Shown piece by piece: positions 41,368-50,745 of a DNA stretch of 64,000 nucleotides. The notes beneath the pieces are model-generated. The model was not told the DNA's origin. It searched no databases and saw nothing but the letters and a program-made list of their open reading frames with translations. The position numbers and the translations under genes are program-made. Position 1 is the first letter of the stretch. Each line of letters opens with the position of its first letter. The stretch is from an uncultured delta proteobacterium (GTDB lineage Bacteria > Myxococcota_A > Polyangia > Polyangiales > Polyangiaceae). The DNA is taken from positions 2,016,001 to 2,080,000 of the forward strand of contig CAWDXG010000004.1 in the NCBI GenBank assembly GCA_963806225.1. The letters run 5' to 3'.

Positions 41368-42633
41368 TGTCGTGGCTACGTGAATTATCCGCAGGCATGG
41401 AAGCCCTGGCGTCACGCTGCGCGCCGATAGTCGTGATGAAGCCCGTTCAGAATGGCGCGCCCGGTGATCGCCCCGTTTCCTGCGCCGGCGGACGACGAAC
41501 CGATCGGGACCAGCTGTCCGATGCCCTGATGCGGCCGCGCCCGATTGAAGTACACAAAGCAATACTCGCCCAGCACACGATGCAGGTGCTCCTCACCGAG
41601 CACCATGACGTGGTCCAGGCATTCCCGACGCACGCTCGCCAGAAACCGCTCACAGAACGAGTTCATGCGCGAAGCTTTCACCGCGGTGCGGACGACCCGG
41701 ACGCCCGCTGCCTTCGCTGCCCGTTCGAAGTCGGGCCCGAACTTGTCGTCGTTGTCGCGGATGATGAACCGCGGCCCGGCGGCGAACGGCGTGGTGTTCC
41801 GGAGTTGCTGGGCGACCCATGTCGCGCTGGGACTGCGCGTCACGCCTACGTGCACGACCCTCCGCGAGCCGACATCGACGATGAAGAACGCGAAGATGGG
41901 CCTGAACCAGATGTCGTAGAGCTGCAGGAAGTCGCAGGCCCAGATCTGGTGCAGGTGGTTTTCGAGGAACGTCGACCAGCTCTGTCCCCACGGGCGTGGC
42001 CCTCGTGCCTGGCGCATGTACTTCTGGACGGTGCGCTTCGCCACGTGGATGCCGAGCTTCAGTAGCTCGCCGCGGATGCGTTCGGCGCCCCAGAGCGGGT
42101 TCTCCTTGGCGAGCCTCCGGATGAGCTCGACCGTCTCCGGCGGCGTGCGTCGGGTCCGGATCCCGCGCGCGCGCACCGTGGACTTTGCCCGCCAGAACAG
42201 CCTGAAGCCCAACCGGTGCCAGCGCAGGATGGTCTCGGGCTTGACGAGCAGCACGGCGTCACGCCACCGCGGCACGAAATGGGCGAGCGCCACGAGAAGT
42301 CCGCGCTCATGGGTGGCGAACCTCGGCTTCTTGACCTGCCGCGCCGCGCCGCGACGAGCTGCTGGCGGAGGAGCATGTTCTCGGCAATGAGCTCTCTGCG
42401 GGAACGAGCCACGTCGCCGAGCAGCCCGCCGATGACAGGGCCTGGGCTCGGCCGTGTGCCGGTCCGCACAGCCGCCGCCACGCGTTCGACTACATCGCGC
42501 GTGGCGTCGCGAAAGCGGTGAAGCAGGGTGTCGAGCACGAGCGCGATGTGCCCGATCGCGCCGCGCCGTTCAAGTCTTGTGCGCGGCGGATTCCGGAGCG
42601 ATTCTGCGACGGACGCGACGAGTAGCCAGGACA
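41368..42633 (-). mobile_element. Insertion sequence copy 2 (1266 bp), direct repeat of copy 1
   Basis: Same termini, only a few substitutions (e.g. TPL/TPP, NAT/NTT), same frameshift. Confidence 0.92.
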
Positions 42634-44040
42634 ACCGGAGAAATCCGTGATTGCGACATGCTTCGTCGGGGAGATGATGTGCACCGACGTGCCAGGCGCC
42701 GCCACGATGAGCTCGTCACCGCCGTCTCCGTCGAGGTCTCCCCACGCGACGCTCCGCCCGAAGTTCGCGTCCGTTTCCGAGGTGTCGGAAAAGAGCGGCG
42801 TGTCCTGCGTGCTCAGCACGTAGGCGCGCTTGGGAGCCGTCGCATCGGCGCTGTTCATGCCGGTGATGGCGACGTCCTCGGTGCCGTCGCCGTTGAAGTC
42901 GAAGCCGCGCGGAACACCGCCCTCGGGGTTGCCCAGCCCCGAGCCGCTGCCGTAGATCACGTCCGAGCTGCCGTCGGACGAGACGAGCTCGAACGTCGTC
43001 GTAGCCGTCCCGATCGAAGTCGCCGCTCGTAAAATACTCGTATGACTTCGGGACCGTGAACGTCGACTGGTAGGTCGGCACGCCGCTCGAGTCGAAGGTC
43101 ACGTAGACCGGAGCTCCTGCCACGAGCCCGAACAGATCCTTCGTCGAACCGTTGAACTTGGCAGCGTTCACCAGGGCTGTGATGAACGAGAGCGCGCTGG
43201 TCGGGATGCCCGGCAAGGTCTTGGGCGGGAAGTAGTACGTCGTGCCGGATGCGGAGAGCTGCAGGTAGACCCGGAGCGTGCTGTTCGGCTGGGTTTCGAC
43301 GCCGGCCGTGTCCAGAACGCCGTCTCCGTCGAGATCGACGTGCAGGGGCCCGTACACGGAGTACATGATGGAGTAGACCCAGTCGCGGAAGTTGGCGGCG
43401 GGGGGTGCTCAGGCCGATCGACGGCTCCTGGGTGCAGGTTCCCCCATCGGTTCCGCCGTCAGTTCCCCCATCGGCTCCACCGGGTGCGCACGTTAGATCC
43501 GAGACCGCCTCCATGATGGAGAACTGCGTGCGTGGAATGCTGGGGTCGCCCAAGTCTCCACATGGTCCGCCAGAATCGCCGGGCAGCCAGAGTGTGGGCG
43601 GCGAGTTCTGGTCCGCGTAGTCGCCGCCGCCTCGATATGCTCTCAAGAAGCCCGACGCCGCCGGATGGAACAGCTTGAAGTCGGCGTAGTGGGGGTAGAC
43701 GGGCTGTGCGGCGCCCGGTTGCAGGGGACCATATCCGATGCAGCGCGCCGTCATGCCCGCGCCCCCGAAATCGGTGGGCAGGGTCGCGCTGATCGGCCGA
43801 AGGAACGTGCTGCTGACTCCCAACGCTGTCAGCCCGCCGGAGGGCACGTGTAGCAGCGCGACGTCGAATGGCGATAGGTGCGGGCCAAGCGTCACGTTGT
43901 AGCGCGGGTGAACATAGATGTCGCTCTTGGGGATAGTTACCGCCGAGCCGCTTATGTGCGCCAGGACGCTGTCGGAGATGCCCCCGGTGGCCTTGTTCGT
44001 GATGACATGCGCTGCGGTGAGCAGCCATCTCGGTCCGCCC
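42634..44040 (-). pseudogene. Truncated trypsin-like protease with FG-GAP/VCBS-like repeats
   Basis: PRWLLTAAHV / FDVALL / GDSGGP; DLDGDG, GDFDRDGYDD, FGRSVAWGDLDGDGGDELIVAAP; frameshifts ~43400 and ~42992; cut by the IS at the 3' end, no 5' end. Confidence 0.8.
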
Positions 44041-44571
44041 ATCACGACGGGCAAGCTGTTCTTGTTCGACGCCTTCGTCGGTGACGACGCGGGCCTGGCG
44101 CACGGCCAGATTTTCTACTCGGACGGCATGGCCGCCCCACAGGTCTACCTCGAGCCGTCGGAGCCCGGCACCTACTACGGCCGCCCCATCTACGCGAACA
44201 GCTAAGTCGGCTTCTTCAAGGGTATCGGCTTCCAGGACGTGAACCAGTACCAGTCGGTCGAGCTCTGAGCGTCCCCGTACTCGGACGACCCCTCGCAGCT
44301 GAAGCCCGTCAAGCTCGGCACGATACCCGATAGCAGCATGCCCGGGCTGCCTGCGGGCGGCTGGGGACACGCAGCGTTTTCAACGGCGGCAGGTGTCAAC
44401 AAGTGGGACGTGCTGATCTGGAACCTCGCCGACGGGGCGCACAGGAGGTTCAAGCTGGCTGACGGCTACAACCTCATGGCGTTCCTCGGCGTCTCGAGGA
44501 AGTACGCCTGGGTCGGCGCGGCCAAGCTGGGAGGGCAGCAACCGTATCTGCTGCGTATCCAGGTCCAGTGA
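44029..44571 (+). pseudogene. Orphan copy of the C-terminal half of the partner lipoprotein
   Basis: Paralog of ~33836-34378 with TAC>TAA (44203) and TGG>TGA (44266). Confidence 0.9.
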
Positions 44572-45386
44572 GCGAAGTCACCAACCTGCCGCTCGAAGCC
44601 GCAGCCGGCACCACGCCCATCACCGCGGGACCGAACAACGATCACCTGGCGCCCTTCCTCGGCGCGCCCACCTACGTGGCCTGGGATCTCACTGCGAGCG
44701 GGGCGGCCAACCACGGCGCCGTTCTGGGCTATGGCCTGCTGGGCGTCTACTGGACGGCAGTGCGCGACGTGCCCCAGGTCCTGCCCGGAACGCCAGCCGG
44801 GACGACCAAGCCCTTCGCCGACTGGTCCAACAAGTACGACCTCACGGACTTCACGTGGTACCAGCTGCCGTTCACCGGTCCTGCGCCGCAGCACGTCATC
44901 GCGTCGACGTACATCGCGGACACGCGTAGCCTGTACGTCGTGGATCAGACCGACGACCCAGTGCTCGCCCGCCTGCTCCGCTACGACTTCGACACGGGTG
45001 CGTTCGCAGAGCTCGGCCACTGGCCGCGCACGATCGTGTTCGACCGCGCGGAGCTCTCCGGATCCTACGAAGGCAATCTGCTGCTCAGCGGCAGCTCGAA
45101 GCTGACCAACCACGTCGCGGGCGTCGTGCTCCAGCCCGGCGCGGCGAAGGTGGAGTTGATCGGTGCGTTCCTGAGGAAGCGCGTACTCGCTGTCGAGCCG
45201 ACGCTCGGCGCGACGGCGCTGACGCTGCCGCTGGTCCCGGATAGCTCCTCGGGGAGCACCAACACCGTCATCCCCACCAAGCAGGTCTTCTTCCCGACGC
45301 ACGAAAAGCCCCAGCACAGTCCCAAGGGCCCGCCCTGCAACGACTAGCGCTGTCCGCCCCACCTCACGATCGGCGACATCCTATGA
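44568..45386 (+). pseudogene. Orphan mosaic protease module: internal segment fused to a divergent C-terminal module with a third tip
   Basis: 44572-44837 matches ~31559-31824; then a paralog of the 32384-32987 region; TAG at 45345; ends PPHLTIGDIL* (compare PPDLCIGDLL*). Confidence 0.85.
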
Positions 45387-45505
45387 CCAACACCCGCGCG
45401 ATTGCCGGTGCCGTCCTGTCCGTTGCCGTGCTCGGCCTCGGCTGGGTGTCGCGCTCGGGCAAGCAGAACGGGGGCACCAAGCCCGATGCCGCCGCCGGTA
45501 CGGGG
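45383..45505 (+). pseudogene. Orphan N-terminus of a partner lipoprotein paralog (lipobox Cys>Arg)
   Basis: ATGA-coupled; GWVSRSGKQ...DAAAGTG versus GWVSCSGKQ...DAAAGTG. Confidence 0.8.
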
Positions 45506-45576
45506 CGGCAGCGGCCTGCTCGGCGGGTACCAGCGTGCCCCTGGCCAGAGGAGCGGGTTGGACGCATGATGTCGAC

Positions 45577-45940
45577 GTGGACCCCGACCTCTTGAAGGCC
45601 TTCCGCCGGAGAGCGCGCGCCGTCGCGGAAGCGGACCTCGAACGTGAGGACCGGGCGGCGGAAGAGCTCCGCCGGAGCACGATTCGACAAGCTAGTGCGC
45701 GCGATCGAAGCAGCCCGCGCCGAGGGCCGCTGCGCGCGCGTGTGGCTTTTCGGTTCGTTTGCGTGGGGCAAGCCGGAGGACAGGAGCGACGTGGATCTGC
45801 TGGTCGAAGCATGCCGCGACCCGGACGCGCTGACGGCCGAGGTGTGGCGCGCCTGCGATCGGCCGGTGCATGTCGTCGAGCTCGACAGGGCGCCGGATTC
45901 GCTACGCGAGCGCGTGCTCCGGGAAGGCACGCTCCTGTGA
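45577..45940 (+). CDS. Minimal nucleotidyltransferase (MNT) antitoxin, apparent frameshift ~45682
   Basis: VWLFGSFAWG...SDVDLLVE...LRERVLREG; N-terminus VDPDLLKAFRRR is in another frame. Confidence 0.8.
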
Positions 45941-46405
45941 GCCCCGTGGACGTGCGCCTCGCGGCAGTCCTGGTAGACGTTCGAACGGGACTGGGAGCAG
46001 GTGGTCCGGCACGGCCGGCGGGCAGAGTCTGCCGACCCAAGCGCGGGCGAAGCGGAAGCGGCGCTCGTCGCGCTCTCCCTCGACCACGCCTACCAGGCGT
46101 TCGAGAACCTCCTCTTGCGCGTGGAACGCTGCCTCGGTCTTGCCGCCCGCAGCGGTGGGACGTGGCACCGAGCCCTGCTCGCGGATGCGGCGCGCGCGCT
46201 ACCCGACATCCGCCCAGCGCTGTTTCCGGCGTCTGCGGAAACCGACTGGGAACAGCTGCTCGGCTTCCGCCACTTTCTGCGCCATGGCTACGCAGTCGAT
46301 CTCGATCCAGCACGGCTCGAGCACAACGTGGAGCGTTTGACGAACGCGATCACCGCCACGGCGCCCTACGTGCAAGCGCTGCTCGCAGAGCTCGGCCCGG
46401 AATGA
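45937..46405 (+). CDS. HEPN-domain RNase toxin, apparent frameshift ~45980
   Basis: GTGA overlap with MNT; YQAFENLL, WHRALL, FRHFLRHGY (RX4HXY). Confidence 0.82.
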
Positions 46406-46486
46406 ACGTTCAGCGCGCCCACTCGAGGCCCCTTCGCTGAATGCGCCGCTTGGGCCAGAGCCGTAGCCCGCAGCCCCAGCCCGACC

Positions 46487-47578
46487 TCAGCCTGCGCCGA
46501 CGCGACCCGACACGCTGGCGCTCGCCTGGACGCTCACGTTGATGCGCGCCGATGCCTTCACGCTGGCGTTGGCCGCGGCTGCGACGCAGGCCACGGCCTG
46601 GGCGCCGGCGTTTCCGATGACGCGCGGCAGTTGCTGGCCGACGTTCACCACCACCTGGATGCTACCGGCCAGTCGCTTGCCGAGCGCGATCTCGGCGTGG
46701 AGCAACTCGGGCAGGTTCGCGCGCAGCGTCGCGACCAGGCGCATCGCTTCCTGTGTGTTGGCGTTCGTCATCACGTTGATCTGCGCGGGCTGGCACGAGG
46801 CGCGGAACTCGGCCTTGGCGTTGCAGCTCGCGTTGCACTCGCCGCTGGCGCTGGGTCCCTGCACGGAGGCTGCGCACTTGGGCGCCTGCCAGGTGCCGTG
46901 ACAGGTGGCGTGGCAGGTGCCGTTGCAGCCGCCGGTGCAGGTGCCGTTGCACTGGCCGGCGCACTGGCCGTTCGGGCCCATCGCCGAGCACTGGCCCTGG
47001 CACTGCCCGTTGCAGTTGCCTTCACACTGGCCCTGGCAGGTGCCGCTGCAGTAGCCGGACAGCTGACCCGGCTGGCACTGCGCGATGATCTGCGCAGGGC
47101 TCACCTGCACGTTGCACGCGGCGTCGCAGCTCGCCTTGGCCTGCACGTTGGCCTGGCAGCGCGGCGGATAGCCCTGCACGCGGATCTGGACGCCCTGGCG
47201 CATGATCGCGTCGATGCGCGCCGCCACCGCGTTGCACGCGGCCTGGGCGGAAGCGCCAGGCTCGTCGCCGTTCTGCGCTTGCATCTGCGCCGGCGGGATG
47301 CCCAGATCCATTCCCATGCGCTGGCAGGCCTGGGCCGCCTCGTTCTGCATCTGCACCGAAACGGTGACCAGATCCTTGGCGGCGGAGACGAAAGCCCGGA
47401 CCTTGCCGTCGGCCTCGGCATCGGCGGAGAAGTGCGCGTTCAGCGGATCCATGTTGGAGCTGAGCTGCGGGCACGTCGCGCCGAGCGGACCGTAGATGCC
47501 ACCCCCGTTGCAGCTCGTGACGAGCGACGGGACGGCCAGAAGCAGAAGGACAAGGAACAAGTATCGGAAAGCTCGCAT
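46487..47578 (-). CDS. Cys-rich lipoprotein (CxGxC repeats)
   Basis: LVTSC lipobox; CSGTCQGQCEGNCNGQC tract; LRANLPELL. Confidence 0.8.
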   Translation of the reverse strand: MRAFRYLFLVLLLLAVPSLVTSCNGGGIYGPLGATCPQLSSNMDPLNAHFSADAEADGKVRAFVSAAKDLVTVSVQMQNEAAQACQRMGMDLGIPPAQMQAQNGDEPGASAQAACNAVAARIDAIMRQGVQIRVQGYPPRCQANVQAKASCDAACNVQVSPAQIIAQCQPGQLSGYCSGTCQGQCEGNCNGQCQGQCSAMGPNGQCAGQCNGTCTGGCNGTCHATCHGTWQAPKCAASVQGPSASGECNASCNAKAEFRASCQPAQINVMTNANTQEAMRLVATLRANLPELLHAEIALGKRLAGSIQVVVNVGQQLPRVIGNAGAQAVACVAAAANASVKASARINVSVQASASVSGRVGAG

Positions 47579-47707
47579 GATGGCGACACGGTAGATCAAC
47601 CCGAGCCGATACGCCCATTTTCGCAGTCCAGCTGATGCCTGCGACCGGGAAACCGGCCGCAAAATCGCGCGGCCCCCCCCCGCGCGCATGTCGGATATCA
47701 TCGATGG

Positions 47708-49339
47708 ATGACCTCCCAACGCCGCTCCAGAGCCGGAAGGCGCGGCGCCATCGCGCTGGCGCTCGCGATCGGCATCGCGCTCCTGCCCCTGTCCTGCGCA
47801 GAGGATCCGGCTCCACCGCCGCCCGGTCCGCTGGCGCGCCAGGTGACGGCTCTTGCCCGAGCGAACGGCGTGCCGGCGGATCTGGTGCTGGCCGTCGCGG
47901 TGGTCGAGGACGGGCTCACGCTACCGCGCTTGCGCACGCCGAGCCCGGACGACAACGTTCCGATCGCGGGCATCCTCGAGCTCCGGCGCGGAAAGCTCGA
48001 CACGCTCGCTCTGGGGGCGAAGCTGCTCGGTCGGAGCGAGCGGGCACTACAGACGGACACGCAGCTCGGCACGAAGGCAGGCGTCGAGGTGTTGGCCAGC
48101 CTCGGTCCCGCCGGCAGCTCGCACCTCGTCGACTGGAAGGACGCCGTCGCCCGGCTCTCCGGGCTCGCGCCGGGCTGGCAGACCGAGCGCTACGTGTCCC
48201 AGGTGTACGGCATCCTGCGTTTCGGCGGCACGTTCACGGCGCGGGACGGAGAGCGGGTGCACATCGCACCGCACACCGATATCCCGCCGTCGCTCCTGAT
48301 AGCTCCGCCGCCGCGCCACAGCGCAGCCGCCGACTTCCCCGGGTCGATTCGGTTTCAAACCGACTGCACGGGCAAGTGCACGACCAACCGACCCGACGGC
48401 AACTCCTCCGTCGACACGATCGTGATCCACGATACCGAGGGCGGCTGGAACGCGTCCGTCGCGACCCTGCAGTACGACTCGGGCAAGTCCGTCCACTACA
48501 TCATCGATGCGGACGGCTCGCGCTGGGGGCAGTTCGTGCCGGAGACGTACACGGCCTGGCACGCCGGCAACTGGTGCTTCAACAAGCACAGCATCGGCAT
48601 CGAGCACGTCGGCTACGCTTCCAACAAGAGCGGCTACTCGACGGCGCTCTACAAGAAGAGCGCGGAGATGGTCAAATCGATCGTCTCGCGCTGGCCGAAC
48701 ATCAAGATCGACCGCGACCACATCGTCGGCCACTACCAGATCCCCAACGGCAACAACATCAGCGAGTGCTCGCCGCCGTGCAGCCTGGGACTCGACGCCT
48801 GCGAGTCGAGCGCCAACTACGGCGGCTCGGCCCACCACACCGATCCGGGCTACTACTGGCAGTGGTGCCAGTACATGGAGCTGCTCGGCTCGAGCTGCCA
48901 CTGCAACGACGCCTGGGATCTCTTCAACTGCACGTCGGACGGCACCGAGATGTGGCGCTGCGCAGGCGGAACCAAGCTCGAGAAACAAGACTGCGCGAAC
49001 GGCTGCGACGTGATGCCCATCGGACAGAACGACCAGTGTCATGGCGGAGCAGCACAGCCGGATTCAGGAACGCCGGATGCGGGCAGCGACGCCGCGCCCG
49101 AGGCGTCCGGCGCGCAGGGCGGCGCCGGCGGCGGCGCGGGAGGTGAGGGCGCTGCCGGCGGCGCTGCCGGCGGCGACGCGGGCAGCGATGCGGGCACCGG
49201 ACAGCCCACGCGCGTGACCGGCGGCGACAGCGGCGGCTGCGGCTGCCGCGCGGCGGGCCGCCGCAGCACACCAGCGGGTGCCGGGCTCGTCTCGCTGCTG
49301 TTGCTGGGCCTCTTCTGGCGCCGGCGCATGGACGCCTGA
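47708..49339 (+). CDS. N-acetylmuramoyl-L-alanine amidase (Amidase_2) with N-terminal SLT-like region and MYXO-CTERM tail
   Basis: IVIHDTEG, SVHYII, AWHAGN, SIGIEH, IVGH, HTDPG; GGCGC + TM + RRR. Confidence 0.88.
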   Translation: MTSQRRSRAGRRGAIALALAIGIALLPLSCAEDPAPPPPGPLARQVTALARANGVPADLVLAVAVVEDGLTLPRLRTPSPDDNVPIAGILELRRGKLDTLALGAKLLGRSERALQTDTQLGTKAGVEVLASLGPAGSSHLVDWKDAVARLSGLAPGWQTERYVSQVYGILRFGGTFTARDGERVHIAPHTDIPPSLLIAPPPRHSAAADFPGSIRFQTDCTGKCTTNRPDGNSSVDTIVIHDTEGGWNASVATLQYDSGKSVHYIIDADGSRWGQFVPETYTAWHAGNWCFNKHSIGIEHVGYASNKSGYSTALYKKSAEMVKSIVSRWPNIKIDRDHIVGHYQIPNGNNISECSPPCSLGLDACESSANYGGSAHHTDPGYYWQWCQYMELLGSSCHCNDAWDLFNCTSDGTEMWRCAGGTKLEKQDCANGCDVMPIGQNDQCHGGAAQPDSGTPDAGSDAAPEASGAQGGAGGGAGGEGAAGGAAGGDAGSDAGTGQPTRVTGGDSGGCGCRAAGRRSTPAGAGLVSLLLLGLFWRRRMDA

Positions 49340-49342
49340 CCC

Positions 49343-50158
49343 GTGACGCGACCGTACCTGGAGGCCGAAGTGCCGCTCGCCTTCGCACATCGCGGCGGTG
49401 CGCGGCTCTGGCCGGAGAACACGCTCGAGGCGTTCCGCGGGGCCATCGACGCCGGCTGCCGCTACATCGAGACCGACCTGCACATGACGCGCGACGGAGT
49501 CGTCGTCATCCACCACGACGAGCGGCTGGAGCGCACGACCAACGGCGTCGGCCCCGTCCGGACACGCTCCCTGTCCGAGTTGGAAGAGCTCGATGCCGGC
49601 TTCCGCTTCACGCGGGACAGCGGTCGCAGCTACCCGTTCCGCGGCAAGGGCGTCACGATCCCCACCTTCGAGGAAGCGCTGGCCCTGTCCGGGGAGGTGC
49701 GCTTCAACATCGAGATCAAGCAGCGCGAGCCGAGCGTGGCGCGGGCGCTGTGGGAGCTCATCGAGAAGCACAACCTCTACGACCGCGTGCTGATCGCGGC
49801 CGCCGAAGATGACATCGGTCACGAGTTCGACCGGATCGCGCGCGGGCGGGTCGCCCGTTCGCCCGGTGTCAGAGGCGTGCTCGCGTTCTGGGCGGCGTCG
49901 CGCGTCGGCGCGACGCGCCTGCTCTCGCCCCGCTACGACGCGCTGCAGGTACCGCCGCGTCAGGGCCCGCTGACGGTGGTCGACCGCCGCTTCGTCAGGG
50001 CCGCGCACGCCGCCGGCGTGCACGTCCACGTGTGGACGATCGACGAACCCGTGGAAATGCGCCGCCTGCTGTCGCTCGGCGTGGACGGGCTGATGTCGGA
50101 CCGGCCGGACATCCTGATGAACGTCGTGCAGGAATTCCGGGCGGCCTCGACGGCGTGA
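49343..50158 (+). CDS. Glycerophosphodiester phosphodiesterase
   Basis: AHRGG, PENTLEAF, ETDLH, HDERLERTT, NIEIK, WTID, GLMSDRP. Confidence 0.93.
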   Translation: MTRPYLEAEVPLAFAHRGGARLWPENTLEAFRGAIDAGCRYIETDLHMTRDGVVVIHHDERLERTTNGVGPVRTRSLSELEELDAGFRFTRDSGRSYPFRGKGVTIPTFEEALALSGEVRFNIEIKQREPSVARALWELIEKHNLYDRVLIAAAEDDIGHEFDRIARGRVARSPGVRGVLAFWAASRVGATRLLSPRYDALQVPPRQGPLTVVDRRFVRAAHAAGVHVHVWTIDEPVEMRRLLSLGVDGLMSDRPDILMNVVQEFRAASTA

Positions 50159-50172
50159 TAGGATCGCGAGCC

Positions 50173-50721
50173 ATGACGCGTTTCTTTTCTATCCTGATCA
50201 TCGGTTTCATCGCTGCGGGCTGCGGGGGCTCGAAGGCCGCCTCGCCGGGCGCCGCCTCACCCGACACAACGGCCAAGAGCGCGGCCGCACAACCTGCCAG
50301 CGCGGACCGCGCGATCGCAGAGCTCCTGCCGACCGCGCAGAGCCAGACCCGCGGCATGGTCGCGCTGCACATGGAAAACGGCAAGCTGGTCATCACAGCA
50401 AGGGTGCAGAACCTGAAGGCCGGCAGCTACGGCTTCGCCGTACACCAGGGCGACAAGTGCGAGCCGCCCGATGCCAAGACCGCCGGCGCGATTTTCAATC
50501 CGCAGAAGGCCGACAAGCCGCTAGGGTTCATCGGCGACCTGAAGTCCAAGGGCGGCGACAACCAGACCCTCAAGATCAACGCCGATGGGCTGGCGCTGTC
50601 GGGCGCGGACTCGATCATCGGCCACACGCTGGTGCTCCACGCCTGGCCCTATGACCCCAGCGTGGACATCCAGAAAGTGCCGTTCCTCGCCTGCGGGAAG
50701 ATCCGACCCGACACGCAATAG
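50173..50721 (+). CDS. Cu/Zn superoxide dismutase-fold lipoprotein lacking several metal ligands
   Basis: AAGC lipobox; YGFAVHQGDKC, AGAIFNP, IGDL, SIIGHTLVLH, LACGKI. Confidence 0.8.
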   Translation: MTRFFSILIIGFIAAGCGGSKAASPGAASPDTTAKSAAAQPASADRAIAELLPTAQSQTRGMVALHMENGKLVITARVQNLKAGSYGFAVHQGDKCEPPDAKTAGAIFNPQKADKPLGFIGDLKSKGGDNQTLKINADGLALSGADSIIGHTLVLHAWPYDPSVDIQKVPFLACGKIRPDTQ

Positions 50722-50745
50722 CGAGAGCCGGCTCCGCCGGGAGCG

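Noticed and set aside
35046..42636. ACC as a target-site duplication of the composite unit
   Set aside because: A 3-bp match is expected by chance, and the two outer flanks are not halves of one gene.
31559..45386. Diversity-generating retroelement (template/variable repeat pairs)
   Set aside because: Differences between repeat copies are mostly synonymous and not adenine-specific, and no reverse transcriptase is present in the window.
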